Positions 12,544 through 25,712 of a stretch of DNA of 64,000 nt are shown piece by piece; positions within the stretch are counted from its first letter, which is position 1; every line of letters begins with the position of its first letter. The stretch is from the human T2T-CHM13v2.0 reference genome, Homo sapiens. The stretch lies in assembly GCF_009914755.1 (NCBI RefSeq), contig NC_060930.1; one strand, given 5' to 3'. A model generated the notes under the pieces. It worked only from the letters and a program-made list of their open reading frames with translations. It was not told the DNA's origin and did not search any database. A program made the translations under genes and the position numbers.

Positions 12544-13510
12544 ATGAGAAAGAACCAACACAAGAACTCCAGCAACTCAAATGGCCAGTGTGTTGTATGT
12601 CCTCCAGATAACCATGCCAGTTCTCCAACAAGAATTCTTAACCAGGCAGAACTGGCTAGAATAACAGAAATAGAATTCAGAATGTGAATAGGAACAAAGA
12701 CCGCTGAGATTAAGGAGGATGGCAATACCCAGTCCAAGTAAAATAAGAATCACAATAAAGCAATACAGGAGCTGAAACACAAAATAGCTGGTATAAAAAA
12801 AAATGGAATGGGTCTGATAACATAATACAAGAATTTCACAATGCAATCACAAATATTAACAGTAGAATAAACCAATCTGAAGAAAGAGTATCAGAACTTG
12901 AAGACTGTTTCTCTGAAATAAGACAGTCAGACAAAAATAAATAAAAGAGTAAAAGTGAATGAAAAAAACCTCTGAGAAGTATGAGATTATGTAAAGAGGC
13001 AAAATCTCTGAATCACTGGCATCCCTGAAAGGGAGAGGGAGAAAACAAAGAACTTGGAAAACATGTTTCAGAATATCATCCATGAAAACTTCCCCAACTT
13101 TGCTACAGAGGCCAGCAGTCAAATTCAGGAAATACAGAGAACTCCTGCAAGATTCTACCCAAGATAATCCCCAAGACACATAATCGTCAGATTTTCCAAG
13201 GTCAAAATGAAAGAATATTAAAGGCAGCTAAAGAGAAAGGGCAGGTCTCCTACAAAGGGAACACCATCAGGCTTACAGTGGACCTCTCAGCTGAAACCCT
13301 ACAAGCCAGAAAAGACTGGGGACCTATCTGCAACATTCTTAAAGAAAAAAAATCTTCAACCAAGAATTTCATATTCAGCCACACCAAGCTTCCTAAGCAA
13401 AGGAGAAATAAGATCCTTCTCAGATAAGCAAATGTTGAGGGACTTTGTTACCACCAGACCTACTTTACAAGAGATCTTGAAAGAAGCACTAAATATAGAA
13501 AGACTGCTAA
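12544..13510 (+). pseudogene. L1 ORF1p remnant (stops and frameshifts)
   Basis: ATG at 12544; recognisable ENFPN, KGQVSYKGNTIRLTVDLSAETLQARKDWG and FVTTRPTLQEILKEAL segments. Confidence 0.85.
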
Positions 13511-13603
13511 CAACTAATACAAAAACACACTTAAACACACAGACCAGTGTCACTATAAAGGAACCACATAAACAAGCCAACATAATAATGAGCTAACAAC
13601 ACA

Positions 13604-16600
13604 ATGACGGGATCAAATCCACCCATATCAATACTAACCTTGAATGTAAATGGGCTAAATGCCCTACTTAAAAGGCACAGAGTGGCAAGCTGGATAAAAA
13701 AGCAAGACCCAATGGTATGTTGTCTTCAAGAGATGTATCTCACACAAAATGACACTCACAGGCTCAGAATAAAGGGGTGGAGGAAAATCTACCAAGCAAA
13801 TGGAAAACAGAAAAAAGCAGGGGTTGCAATCCTAATTTCAGACAAAACAGATTATAAACCAACAAAGATAAAAAAAGATAATGAGGGTAAAGGGTTCAAC
13901 TCGACAAGAAGATCTAACTATCCTAAATACATATGCACTCAACACAGGAGCACCCAGATTCATAAAGCAAGTTCTTAGAGATCTACAAGGAGACACAGAC
14001 CCCACACAATAATAGTGGGAGACTTCACCACTCCACTGACAGTATTAGAGAGATCATGGAGGTAGACAATTAGCAAAGATATTCAGGTCCTGACCTCGAC
14101 ACTGAATCAAATGGATCCGATAGACTTCTACAGAACTCTCTACCCCCAAACAACAGAATATACATTCTTATTGCACATAGCCTATACCCTAAAACTGACA
14201 ACATAATTAGATATAAAACAATCTTCAGTGAAGGTGAGAGAACTGAAATCATACCAAACACATTCTTGAACCACAGTGCAATAAAAATAAAAGTGAAGAC
14301 TAAAAAAATTGCTTAAAACCATGCAATTACATGGAAATTAAACCACATGCTCCTGAATGACTTTTGGATAAATAATAAAATTAAGGCAGAAATCAAGGAG
14401 TTCTTTGAAAATAATGAGAACAAAGATACAACATACCATAATCTCTGGGACACAGCTAAGGCAGTGTTAAGAGGGAAATTCATAGCATTAAATGCCTACA
14501 TGAGAAAGTTAGAAAGATCTCAAATTAATAGCCTAACATCACAACTGAAAGAATTAGGGAAGCAAGAATAAATCAACCCAAAGCCAACAGAAGACAAGAA
14601 ATAACAAAAATCAGAGCTGAACTGAAGGAAATTGAGACATGAAACACCATTCAAAAGATCAATGAATCCATGAGGTTTTTTTTTTTTGAAAAAATTAATA
14701 AGGCCACTAGCTGGACTAATAAAGAAGAAAAGAGAGAAGACCCAAATAAACACAATTAGAAATGATGAAGGGAATGTTACCACTGACCTCACAGAAATAA
14801 AAATAACCATCAGGAACTATTATGAACACCTCTATGCACACAAACTAGAAAACCTAGAAGAGATGGATAAATTCCAGAATACATACACCCTCCCAAGACT
14901 GAATCATGAAGAAACTGATTTCCTGAACAGACCAATAATGAGCTCTGAAATTGAATCAGTAATAAATAGCCTACCAACCAAAAAATGCTGAGGACCTGAT
15001 AGATTCACAGCTAAATTCTACCAGATGTACAAAGAAGAGCTAGTACCATTCTTACAGAAACTATACAAAAAAAATTGAGGAGGAGGGACTCCTCCCCAGC
15101 TCATTCTATAAAGCCAGCATCATCCTGATACTAAAACTTGACAGAGACAGAACAACAACAACAAAAAAAACTTCAGGCCAATATCCTTGATGGACATTGA
15201 TACAAAAATCCTCAACAAAATACTTGCAAACCAAATCCAGCAGCACATCAAAAAGCTAATCCACCATGATCAAGAAGGCTTCATCTCTGGGATACAAGGT
15301 TGTGTTAACATACACAAATCGATAAATGTGATTCATCACATAAACAGAACTAAAGACAAAAAACATATGACTATCTCAATAGATGCAGAAAAGGCTTTGA
15401 ATACCTCTTCATGTTAAAAACTCTCAATAAACTAGGTATTGAAGGAACATGCTTCAAAATAATGAGAGCCATCTATGACAAACTCACAGCCAACATTATA
15501 CTGAATGGGCAAAAGCTGGAAACATTCCCCTTGAAAACTGGCACAAGACAAGAATGCCCTCTCTCACCCCTCCTATTCAACATAGTATTGGAAGTCCTAG
15601 CCAGAGCAATCAGGAAAGAGAAAAAAAGTAAAGTGCATCCAAATAGGAAGAGAGGGAGTCAAACTATCTGTGTTTGCATATGGCATGATTCAATATCTAA
15701 AAAATGCCATAGTCTCAGCCCAAAAGCTCTTTCAGCTGAAAAACAACTTCAGCAAAGTTTCAGCATACAAAATCAATGTACAAAAATGACTAGCCTTCCT
15801 ACACACCAACAACAGCAAAGCCAAGAGTCAAATCAGAAATGCAATCCCATTCACAATTGCCACAAAAGGAATAAAATAGCAAGGAATACAGCCAACAAGG
15901 GAGGTGAAAGATCTCTACAATGAGAATTACAAAACACTGCTCAAAGAAATCAGAGAAAACACAAACGAATGGAAACACATTTCATGTTCATAGATAGGAA
16001 GAATCAATGTCATTAAAATGGCCACACTGCCCAAAGCAATGTACAGATTCAATGCTGTTCCTATCAAACTACCAACAACATTCTTCACGAACTAGAAAAA
16101 AAAAATTTTAATTCTTATGGAACAAAAATGAGCCTGAATAGCCAAGGTAATCCAAAGCAAGAAGAAAAAAAGCTGGAGGCATCACACTACCTGACTTCAA
16201 ACTACACTACAGGGCTGCAGTAACCACAAGAGCATGGTACTGGTAGAAAAACCGGCACATAGACCAATGAAACAGAATAGATAGCCCAGAAATAAAGCAA
16301 CATACCTACAACTACCTGATATTCAATAAAGCTGACAAAAACAAGCAATGGGGAAAAGACTCCCTATTCAATAAGTGGTGCTGGGATAACTGGCTACCCA
16401 TATACAGAAGGCTGAAGCTGGACCCCTTCCTTATAGCATATACAAAAACTAAGTCAAGATGGATTAAAGACTTAATGCAAAACTATAAAAACCCTGGAAG
16501 ACAACCTAGGCAATATCATCCTGGACACAGGAATGGGCAAAGATTTCATGACAAAGACACTAAAAGCAATCACAACAAAAGCAAAAATTGACAAATGGGA

Positions 16601-17383
16601 TCTAGTTGTATTTAGGATCTTCTGCACAGGAAAATAAACTATCAACAGAGTGAACAGACAACCTACAGAATGGGAGAAAATATTTGCAAACTATATATCT
16701 GACAAAGGTCTATATTCATCATTTAAAAGGGACTTAAATTTACAAGAGGAAAGCAACCCCATTAAAACATGAGCAAAGGACATGAAGAGATACTTTTACA
16801 AAGAAGACATACAATGCAGCCAACAAATGTGAAAAAAAGTTCAGTATCACTGGTCATTAGAGAAATGCAAATCAAAACCACAGTGAGATACCATCTCTCA
16901 CCAGTCAGAATGGCTATTACTAAAAAGTCAAAAAATAGCAGATGCTGGCAAGGTTGCAGAGAAAATGGAACACTTATACACTGTTGGTGGGAATGTAAAT
17001 TAGTTCAACCATTGTGGAAAGCAGGATAGTGATTCCTCAAAGAGCTAAAAGCAGAACTACCATTTGACCTAGCAATCCCATTACTGGGTATATACCCAGA
17101 GGAATATAAATCATTCTACCATAAAGACACATGCACACAAATATTCATTGCAGCACTATTCAGAATAGCAAAGACATGGAATCAACCTAAATGCCCATTA
17201 ATGACAGATTGAATAAAGAAAATGTGGTACATATACACCATGGAATACTATGCAGCCATAAAAAAGAATGAGATCATGTCTTTTGCATGAGCATGGATGG
17301 AAGAGGAGGTTATTATCTTTAGCAAACTAATGAAGGAACAGAAAACCAAATACCACATGTTCTCACTTACAAGTGGGAGCTAA
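13604..17383 (+). pseudogene. L1 ORF2p remnant (endonuclease, reverse transcriptase, Cys-rich domain), disrupted
   Basis: MTGSNPPISILTLNVNGLN (EN), [27 protein letters not shown] (RT) and [14 protein letters not shown] (C domain) spread over several frames. Confidence 0.95.
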
Positions 17384-19030
17384 GTGATGAGAACTTATGA
17401 ACACAAGGAAGGAAACAACAGACACTGGATCTACTTGAGGGTGGAGGGTGGGAGGAGAAAGAGGAGGAGAAAAGGTAACTATAGAGTACTGGTCTTAATT
17501 CCTGGGTGATGAAATAATCTGTATAACAAACCCCCATGAAATTACCTATGTAACAAACCTTCATATGTACCCCCAAACCTGAATGTTAAAAAATAAAAAT
17601 AAAAATAACAGCACAATAAAATATAATGCAAATAAAAAAATGTAGCATAACACTTATTTACCTAGCATTTACATTGTATTGGGTATTATAAGTAATCTAG
17701 AGATAATTTAAAGCATAAGGAAGGAGATGCCTAGGTTACATGCAAATACCCTGCTGTTTTATATCTGGTACTTGAGCATCCATGGATTTTGGTATCTTTG
17801 GATGTTCTGGAACCAATCTCCAGTGGATATGGAGGGAAGACTGTACTATCATTTTATTATCCACTCTTGATGAACACTTGAGGTTTTGTTGTAGTTGTTT
17901 TGGGGTTCGGTTTGTTTTGCTATTGTAATACTGCAATGAACATTGACATATAAGTTATCTGTTTGAGTCTCTTTTTAATTCTTTTAGGTATATATCCAGG
18001 AGTAGAATTGCTGGGTCATATTGTAAGTCTATGTTTAACTTATTGAGAAACTGCCAACTATTTTGACAGCAGCTGTATCATTCCTCTAGCAATATACAAG
18101 AGTACCAATTTCTCCAAGTCTTCACCAACACTTGTTTTCTGTATTATTATTGTTCTAATATGTGAGATGTGGTATCTCGTTGTGATTTTGACTTACATTT
18201 ACCTCAAGACAAAAGATGTTGAACATCTTTTCATTTGCTTATTGGCCATTTGTATATTTTCCTTGGAGAAATATCTAAGTCATTTGCCCATTTGTAAAAT
18301 TGGGTTGTCTTTTCTTATGAGTCTTTTTTATATTCTGGATGTTAAAACCTTATTCAATACATGATTTTCAAGTATTTTCTCCCATTCTGTAAGTTATCTT
18401 TCCACTTTTTAATTTATGTCCTTTGATGCATAAAAGTTTTTAATTTTTATGAAGTTCAATTTTCTCTTTTGCTGCTCATTCTTTTGGTCTAATATCTAAG
18501 AGACCATTACCAAATCCAAGGTCATAGAGATTTACACCTGAGTCTCTCTCTCTCAAAATTGTATGAGTTTAGCTCTTATATTGTAGTCATTGATCCATTT
18601 TGAGTTAATTTTTCCATATGGTATGAGGTAGGTGCCCAACTTTTTTTTTTTTTTTTTTTTTTTTTTGCATTTTGAAATCCAGTTGTCCTACATAGCATCA
18701 TTTGGTGAAGAGACTATTATTTGCCCTTGAATAAACTGGGCACCCTTGTTGAAAATGTGATGGGAGAAAGAACATTGCTTGAATCATTGGACAACCTAAG
18801 GAGGTAGGTAGAAAGAGGGGATGCTGTAGGCTGGCCACATCCCTTGACTGCAGGTCACAGATCCTTTGACATGGCCTTCCCACACAGCTCACTGTCTCTC
18901 TAAGCTCCAAGTACTATTCCCCCTCCTTTTGACCCTCTAGGCCTCAGGTGGAAATGGAAATGCCCTCCCTGGACAACTGAACCATCTTTTATTATTTTCC
19001 ACACTCTACCAACAGCTTTGTAAATGTCCT

Positions 19031-19436
19031 TGTGATGGTTTGTTTTATGTGTCAACTTGACTGGGCTATGGGATGCCCAGATAGCTTGTGAAACATTCTA
19101 TCTGGGTCTGCCTGTGAGGGTGTTTTGGGAAGAAATTAGCATTTAAATAAGGAGACTGAGTAAAGAAGATCTGCTCCCACCAGTGTGAGTGGACATCATC
19201 CAATCTGTTAAGGTCTTGAATAGAACAAAAGGCATAGGTAGAGCAAATTCTCTCTTTTTTCTTGAGCTGCAACATCTAGTTTTCCTGCTTTCAGATGTCA
19301 GAGCTCCTGATTCTCAGGCCTTCGGATTCTGACTGAATTATCCCACCAGCTTTCCTGGTTCTTCAGCCTGCAGATGGCAGATTGTGGGACTTCTCAGCAT
19401 TCATAATCATGTGAGACACTTCCCATAGTAAATTTC

Positions 19437-19479
<43 letters not shown>

Positions 19480-19538
19480 GCAATCTAGCTAGCTAGCTAT
19501 TCTATTGGTTGTTTCTCTGGAGAATGCTGACTTATACT
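19031..19538 (+). mobile_element. MLT2C/D solo LTR (ERVL)
   Basis: tgtgatggtt...tgtcaacttgactgggct start; ctattggttgtttctctggagaa...gacttatac end. Confidence 0.9.
19437..19500. repeat. (CTAT)10 tetranucleotide microsatellite followed by CTAG units
   Basis: Read directly from the sequence. Confidence 0.95.
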
Positions 19539-20527
19539 GTCTCTTCACTAAATTTTCCCCAAGCAACCCAATTTCAGGGTGCCACCTGTTTGCTGTAAGG
19601 ATACTGATGGATGCACCTCATTGCCTAAAATGGAGGCAGGGAAGTTCGCCAGCTAACTCACATATCAGCTTTACCTCAGTGATAGCCATGTCCCCAGTCA
19701 CACCCTCCAAAAGTGATGTCTGTCTGTTGTCTTTTCTGGGTAAACGGGTGGTTGGTGTACTGGGGTAGGAAGAACAATTATTTTGGAGTCAGGAGTTCTG
19801 GGCTGTTGTCATTATTCTCCCACTGACTCATGGTGGGACCTGGAATAGTCCCTTCTCCTCTTTGAGTTTTATTTTGCTCCTCTGTGAAATGGTGCTGGCT
19901 GCCATGCTCAGTAACTCTTCTCATGATTGAAGTGCAGGATTCCTGTGTTAAATGCCCCCTCCTCACACCAGCCAGCCATATCCATACGGGACCATCCCTG
20001 GGCAGGGAATCCAACCACTCAGGCCTCACTGCTCCTCCCCATCCTGGGGACAAACAAGATCTTCCTTGGGTAACCTACAAACCACTCCTAGGACCTCAGG
20101 GAATAGAAGATATCTGTCATGGCTTTTGACGGCTCAGTGGGGAGAAGCAACACACTGTTATCTTCAGGGCTGGAAAGCAGGACTTGAGACTTTCCCTGGG
20201 AACACCCTGCTCCCACAGAAAGCCTTCTAGAGCTCAGAACTGCCCAGTAGGAGAAGGAATACCTATCTAAGTGTCTGAAGCTTCCCTGATACTGAACAGG
20301 ATTCTTACTAACAAAATCAACCAACACATTCATGAAACAGAGCATTTTCATTTGTGAACAAGAAGTCTATAACTTTGTAGAAATCAATGAGCCAAAGCAA
20401 TCAACTGAGTGGGCTTCTGAACCAAATCTCAGCCCCTTAAAGTAGGGTGGATGTTCTTGTCTGAAAGAGTTTTCCTTTCCCTTTCCATGTATTGAAGACG
20501 GTTGGATACTCAGGGAGTCAAGGAAAT

Positions 20528-21918
20528 ATATCAGTCAAGTTCTGTGAAAGAAATGGAAAACATCTCTAGGTATTTCAAATGGAAAGATATTAGAGGCATG
20601 GAATTAGGTGCCTAAAAATCTTTAGGAGGACTAGAACCCTATGGGTTTCAGGTTGGGTCCAGGGATGCCCCTTGGAACACTGCAAAGCTGACTTGTCAAT
20701 GGAGCTGCTCCTTCTAGGGCACCTCTAAGCTGTTGAGTTTAAGATCACACTAAGCCATGATTCAGGGCTCAGGAATCTAGGAAAGCAACCCCACAGCTGT
20801 GCCCTGTGCCTGTCTGTTTTACTGCTCTCAAAGCTGGTGGGTGGGTCTGGAATGTGATTTTCAGCAACTGTGTCCACTACAACTGCTTCTCCACACCCAA
20901 AAAAAAGCGGGCACTGGGAAGCTGCTGCAGAGGAAAAATAAAAGCCACATCTCCTCAACCTCTCTTTCTAGCAGAAATATAATCAAAAGCAGCAGCAAGG
21001 TGGCCTCTACCTCACTTTGTCTCCCAAGTCTTATGTAAAAACATTTCATTAGAGAGCTTAATAGATACGTAGAAAAATCACTACAAAGAAGTCTGAGGAA
21101 TAATGCCGCAATAAACATACGTGTGCATGTGTCTTTATAGCAGCATGATTTATAGTCCTTTGGGTATATACCCAGTAATGGGATGGCTGGGTCAAATGGT
21201 ATTTCCAGTTCTAGATCCCTGAGGAATTGCCACACTGACTTCCACAATGGTTGAACTAGTTTACAGTCCCACCAACAGTGTAAAAGTGTTCCTATTTCTC
21301 CACATCCTCTCCAGCACCTGTTGTTTCCTGACTTTTTAATGATTGCCATTCTAACTGGTGCGGCATTATTCACAATAGCAAAGACTTGGAAACAACCCAA
21401 ATGTCCAACAATGATAGACTGGATTAAGAAAATGTGGCACATATACACCATGGAATACTATGCAGCCATAAAAAATGATGAGTTCATGTCCTTTGTAGGG
21501 ACATGGATGAAATTGGAAATCATAATTCTCAGTAAACTATCGCAAGAACAAAAAACCAAACACCGCATATTCTCACTCATAGGTGGGAATTGAACAATGA
21601 GATCACATGGACACAGGAAGGGGAATATCACACTCTGGGGACTGTTGTGGGGTGGGGGGAGGGGGGAGGGATAGCATCAGGAGATATACCTAATGCTAGA
21701 TGACGAGTTAGTGGGTGCAGCACACCAGCATGGCACATGTATACATATGTAACTAACCTGCACAATGGGCACATGTACCCTAAAACTTAAAGTATATTAA
21801 AAAAAAAAAGAAGTCTGAGGAATGTAATTCTTAGCTTTCCAGCCCTTAAAGTGCAAGAAGACAGCCTAGAAGAAGGGCAGGATGGAGGGCGAGCAAGCTG
21901 ACCTGTAGTGCCCACACA
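20528..21918 (-). mobile_element. Old MLT1-type MaLR LTR hosting the L1PA2
   Basis: atcagtcaagttc...ctctaggtatttcaaa start; gtctgaggaatgtaattcttagctttccagcc...cccaca end. Confidence 0.5.
21102..21806 (+). mobile_element. 5'-truncated, 5'-inverted L1PA2
   Basis: Antisense piece 21102-21360, sense piece about 21359-21806 ending in poly(A). Perfect 17-bp TSD aaagaagtctgaggaat (21085-21101, 21807-21823). The 3'UTR has GAG (gatgacgagttag) and aaagtat, not the L1HS-Ta ACA/G states. Confidence 0.95.
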
Positions 21919-22229
21919 GCAGGCCTTCCTAAATCAGAAGGAGACTGCTGGCCTCTTTCAAATTCCCTTTGGAGGTTGCCAATCATCTGACACCTCCCCC
22001 ATTTTCCTCTCAGAAGGGACACGTGGAGACCTATACAGGTAGACTCAATAAGCCTCATTTCCATGCCATAAAAAATTGGACAATTATATGCAGATTTGGT
22101 TGAATAATGTTTTTCTGTGTGTTTGTGGAGGGGAGGACACTGAACACAAGATACTGACATTTTTGTTATCTAGAACAATGCTGATGTTCAACCACTCAAA
22201 AATTTAATGCTCCCAAGACAATATATACA

Positions 22230-22430
22230 GTCCTGGGTTTAAATCCCAACTCTGCCTCTATGTGACTCTAGACCAGTTGCTTGTATTCCCTGAGCTCTAT
22301 TTTTTTCACCTGTAAAATGGGACTAATGATATTGACTTTATAGAATTGTAGTGAAGAGTAAATGAAATAAAACCCGTAAAGTGCCTGGTGGAGTGCTGAG
22401 CACACATGTACCGGGGGTCTAATGACTATC
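22230..22430 (+). mobile_element. MIR
   Basis: cctgggtttaaatcccaactctgcc...cacctgtaaaatggg. Confidence 0.8.
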
Positions 22431-22674
22431 CGCATTGTCCTGTTTTATACATTTTGCGGTAAAAGCCAATCCACATGCCAGGGAATAGACTGTCCCTTGT
22501 ATAAATGTCAATTGCATCACTGTTTGAGAACAAAAAATGGTGAGATATTTCTTCCCTAATGCTTCAGAAACCTCCATAGACCCTCACCTGGTGTTCTATG
22601 CAGCACACATTTCCAGAGATTGCATCTTCCTAACAGAAGGTGTCACATAGGCAGCCTAATAAGAGGGAAGCACA

Positions 22675-22962
22675 GGCTGGGCATGGTGGCTCACACCTGT
22701 AATCCCAGCATTTTGGGAGGCTGAGGCGGGCAGATCACCTGAGGTCAGGAGTTCGAGACCAGTCTGGCCAACATGGTGAAACCCTGTCTCTAATAAAATA
22801 CAAAAATTAGCCAGGCATGGTGATAAGTGCCTGTAATCCCAGCTACTCAGGAGGATGAGGCAGGAGAATTGCTTGAACCTGGGAGGCGGAGGTTGCAGTG
22901 AGCTGAGTTTGTGTCACTGCACTCTAGCCTGAGTGACAGAGCAAGACTCCATCTCAAAAAAA
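22675..22962 (+). mobile_element. AluSx-like
   Basis: Full dimer with gatcacctgaggtcaggagttcgagacc. Confidence 0.95.
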
Positions 22963-23007
22963 AGGGAAGGGCAGTAAGAGGTTTTTATATAATTTATCTA
23001 TCAGGAT

Positions 23008-23320
23008 CAGTGTTTTTTTGAACTGCAGGTCAAGACCCATTAGTGAGGAGGACCCAAAATCAATGTAATGGGTTATGACTGGCGTTTTTCCAAATGAAAT
23101 CAAATGGAAGGGAAGGAAAGAAGAGAAATGAGACAAAAGAAGAGAAAAAGAGACTGTGAAAGTATGTCTTGATAGAGTATTGTTTTGAGGAACTGCTGTC
23201 TCCATTCATAGGTGTGTATATGAGCATGTGTGTGCATGTGTGTGTGTGTGTACGCACTGGGTCATAATGTCAAATACATGTCTTGCTTGGATCACTGCAA
23301 AAAATGTTTGAAAGTCAAGA
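23008..23320 (+). mobile_element. hAT-Charlie non-autonomous element with internal (TG)n
   Basis: cagtgttttt...gacccattagtg...aaaatcaatgtaatgggt...aaaaatgtttgaaagtc. Confidence 0.6.
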
Positions 23321-24705
23321 TAACCAGCCCCCTATTTTGGAGTGAAGGGGAACTTGGATAATTAACCTGCTATACAACTTGTAACAGAAAGGAATTTCAT
23401 TGATACTAACATAATTACCCAGAAAATAAATTTATACCTAGAAGTTTCTGAAAAGCCCACTGCTCACCACCCAGGTCATTGTAGCATCATCCTGGCTTCT
23501 CTGCGCAGTGGCCAGCTAGACCCATGGGTAGGTTTGGTGAAGGTACTGCCTTGGGGCACAGTGCCCTTGGCTCTCCCACTATGGTGTCTGCCCTGGCCTG
23601 ACATGGCAGGTGACACAGTGTCAGGTTGTGAGGAGTCTCCCCCTCAGACCCCACTGCCCTTGGCTGCTCACCCTCCCTTTCTCCCCTGGCCTCTTCAGTG
23701 CTGAGCTCATCTCTCCTGTGCTCTTGTTTGCACCCCTCCACTCCATGGCTTTATTTCTGCAGCTCCTTGCTCCTGCTGTCTCACCTGCTGCTTCCACTGC
23801 TAAATGGCTTTCCGCTCTCAGCCTGCAAATAATTCCTGCTGCCGCATGCACAGTCTACACACAGCTCCTGCAGCCACCTGCCACTCACCATCCTCAGTGC
23901 CCAGAAGTGGGCTTGCAGCCTCCCTCATGGTGGCTGAGGAGGAGTCAAGGAGAGAGACACATGAGGCACAACAAGAGGACTGTCACTTGGTGCAGGAGGC
24001 TCATTTGGTCAAGTTCCTTAACATCTCTGAGCCTCTGTTTCCTCATCTGCCCAGTGCGTGCAACAGCGAAAGGTGTCCTTGCTCCTCATCAGTGTACTGT
24101 GAGCACCACATGAGGCTGTGGAAAGTGTGAGGTCTGTCAAAAGAGCTGGGCATGCTTGAGGGATTGTGTGCCTGTCAGGACCCTCCCTGGCTTTCTAACT
24201 CCTCCTTTTCCCCCCTCTCTTCTTCCCTTCCTCCCTTTGCCCATTCTCCTTAGTGCTGGCTCCCTTAGTGCAGTGGTCCTGCTCTTTAGGAAACTCCTTT
24301 ATTTTGTAAGGAAAGGATCAGCAGGGGACAACTCCCACCTGGTGGAAGCCCAAGACCACCTCATTTTTGGTGTTCTCTGTTCTCCTTACTTTGAAACCCC
24401 CCTTAGTCCAAGGGACCCTCCATTCCCAAGATTGTTCAGAAGACCAGTGGAAGAGCTTTTACCTTTAACAGCCGGTTACATGTGGGTTACTCTTGCTGAA
24501 ATATAGATGGCCTGACTCTTGGGTGAATAAACACTTTGTCTCCTCTTCTGGTTTTAGGCAATGGAGTGCCAAGTACCAAGCCCCACCACAGGTAGAGCCC
24601 TGAGCTGGGTGATGCAAGTGGATTTAGGGCACAGAGAACCAAAAAGGACTCTTAGCAATCAAACCATGTTCTCTGTTCTGCTTAAGACCCAGAACAGAGC
24701 TTAGA

Positions 24706-24913
24706 ATGGTGCTGCCAGTAACTTTCTGTGATGACGGAAATGCTCTAGTCATGCTAATACATATTCGCCACTAGCCACATATGGCTATTGAACACTATTG
24801 TGAATGTTAGTATGACTGAAGAACTGAATTTTTAATTTTATTAAGTTTTAATTAATTTAAATACAAGTGTGACTAGCCCCGTGTGGCTAGTGCCTATCAC
24901 ATTGAACAGCACA
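24706..24913. mobile_element. MER3
   Basis: aactttctgtgatgacggaaatg...ccactagccacatatggctattga...gtggctagtgcctatcacattgaacagc. Confidence 0.9.
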
Positions 24914-25569
24914 ACCTGAGAATCTCCATCTCGTCCCTTCTTCCCCACCTTCCTCTGGGAATCTGGCCCCTGAGCCATTGCTTCCTGAAGAGGATCCTGA
25001 GTTTGAAATAGGGTAGCAAGAAAATCTCTAAGAGCCCCCTGGTCTGGCCTCCTGTTGCATTCCATTCCACAGCCTCCTCCTTCAGCATCCATTGCCCTAA
25101 AATCTGAGATGCAGTTACAATGACAGCAAAGACTACAGCCCAGAGAAGGGAAAAGACAGGAGGGTAAATATGCATTAAAGAAACCAATGTGAAAATTAAG
25201 TGATTAAAGGAAGAAGGTTCCTGCTGAGACAATCCTGCCTAATGAAGCATTGGAGGTGTCAATCTTTGGGCCATGAGAAAGCTCCATGCTTGGGCCCAGC
25301 TCCCAGCTAGAGACCCACCGCTTCCTCTTCACTGGCCATGGGTCATCTGCTGCCAGTGGCTTCTTCTCTCGAATACCCCTCTTTCAGGGTGATCTGGGAA
25401 GATGCCAACTTGTTTTTCCATTAGCTTTTTAAAAATAGGCTAAAGAAATCCATGCTGGGTACAACCACATCCCTGAGCTCCTGGCCTGAAAGCAAACAGC
25501 AGGCCTGAGAGACAGAGGGAGCATTGGGACAGATTGAAGAGCCCTGGAACCTACAGCTGCCTTCCCATG

Positions 25570-25712
25570 AAATCTCCACCCTGGGGTAAGTCACTATACC
25601 TTGCGGGGACTCAGTTTCCCCACTTATGTGGAGTTGATGATTAATATATAGGGCAAAAACCTGTCTGTAGTGATTAGCACAATGACTGGCACATGGTAGG
25701 TGCTCAGTTGTG
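25570..25712 (+). mobile_element. MIR
   Basis: ctcagtttccccact...ctggcacatggtaggtgctca. Confidence 0.65.

Larger units (their letters stand above)
10098..17600 (+). mobile_element. Full-length decayed LINE-1, L1PA13-16 clade (L1PA14-like), about 7.5 kb
   Basis: Starts gggggaggtggccaagatg; long repetitive 5'UTR, ORF1 and ORF2 remnants, 3'UTR gagaacttatgaacac...gtacccccaaacct and A-rich tail. Confidence 0.95.
10017..17843 (-). mobile_element. MER2/MER2B (Tigger), split into 10017-10097 and about 17600-17843
   Basis: Terminal inverted repeats cagtcagccct / agggaagactg, with TA TSD at 10015-16 and 17844-45. Confidence 0.85.
18800..19616 (+). mobile_element. LTR33-like ERVL LTR split by MLT2
   Basis: ctttgtaaatgtcc [MLT2] ...ctaaattttcccc...gtgccacctgtttgctg...tgatggatgca terminus. 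Confidence 0.55.

Noticed and set aside
13604-17383. Potentially active reverse transcriptase gene
   Set aside because: Multiple stops and frameshifts, and the FADD motif is destroyed.
21102-21806. Possible L1HS-Ta polymorphic insertion
   Set aside because: The 3'UTR diagnostics are GAG and A rather than ACA and G, which indicates L1PA2.
23610-24506. ORFs of 167, 108 and 116 aa
   Set aside because: CT-rich low-complexity DNA running into a MIR; no domain or consistent splice structure.
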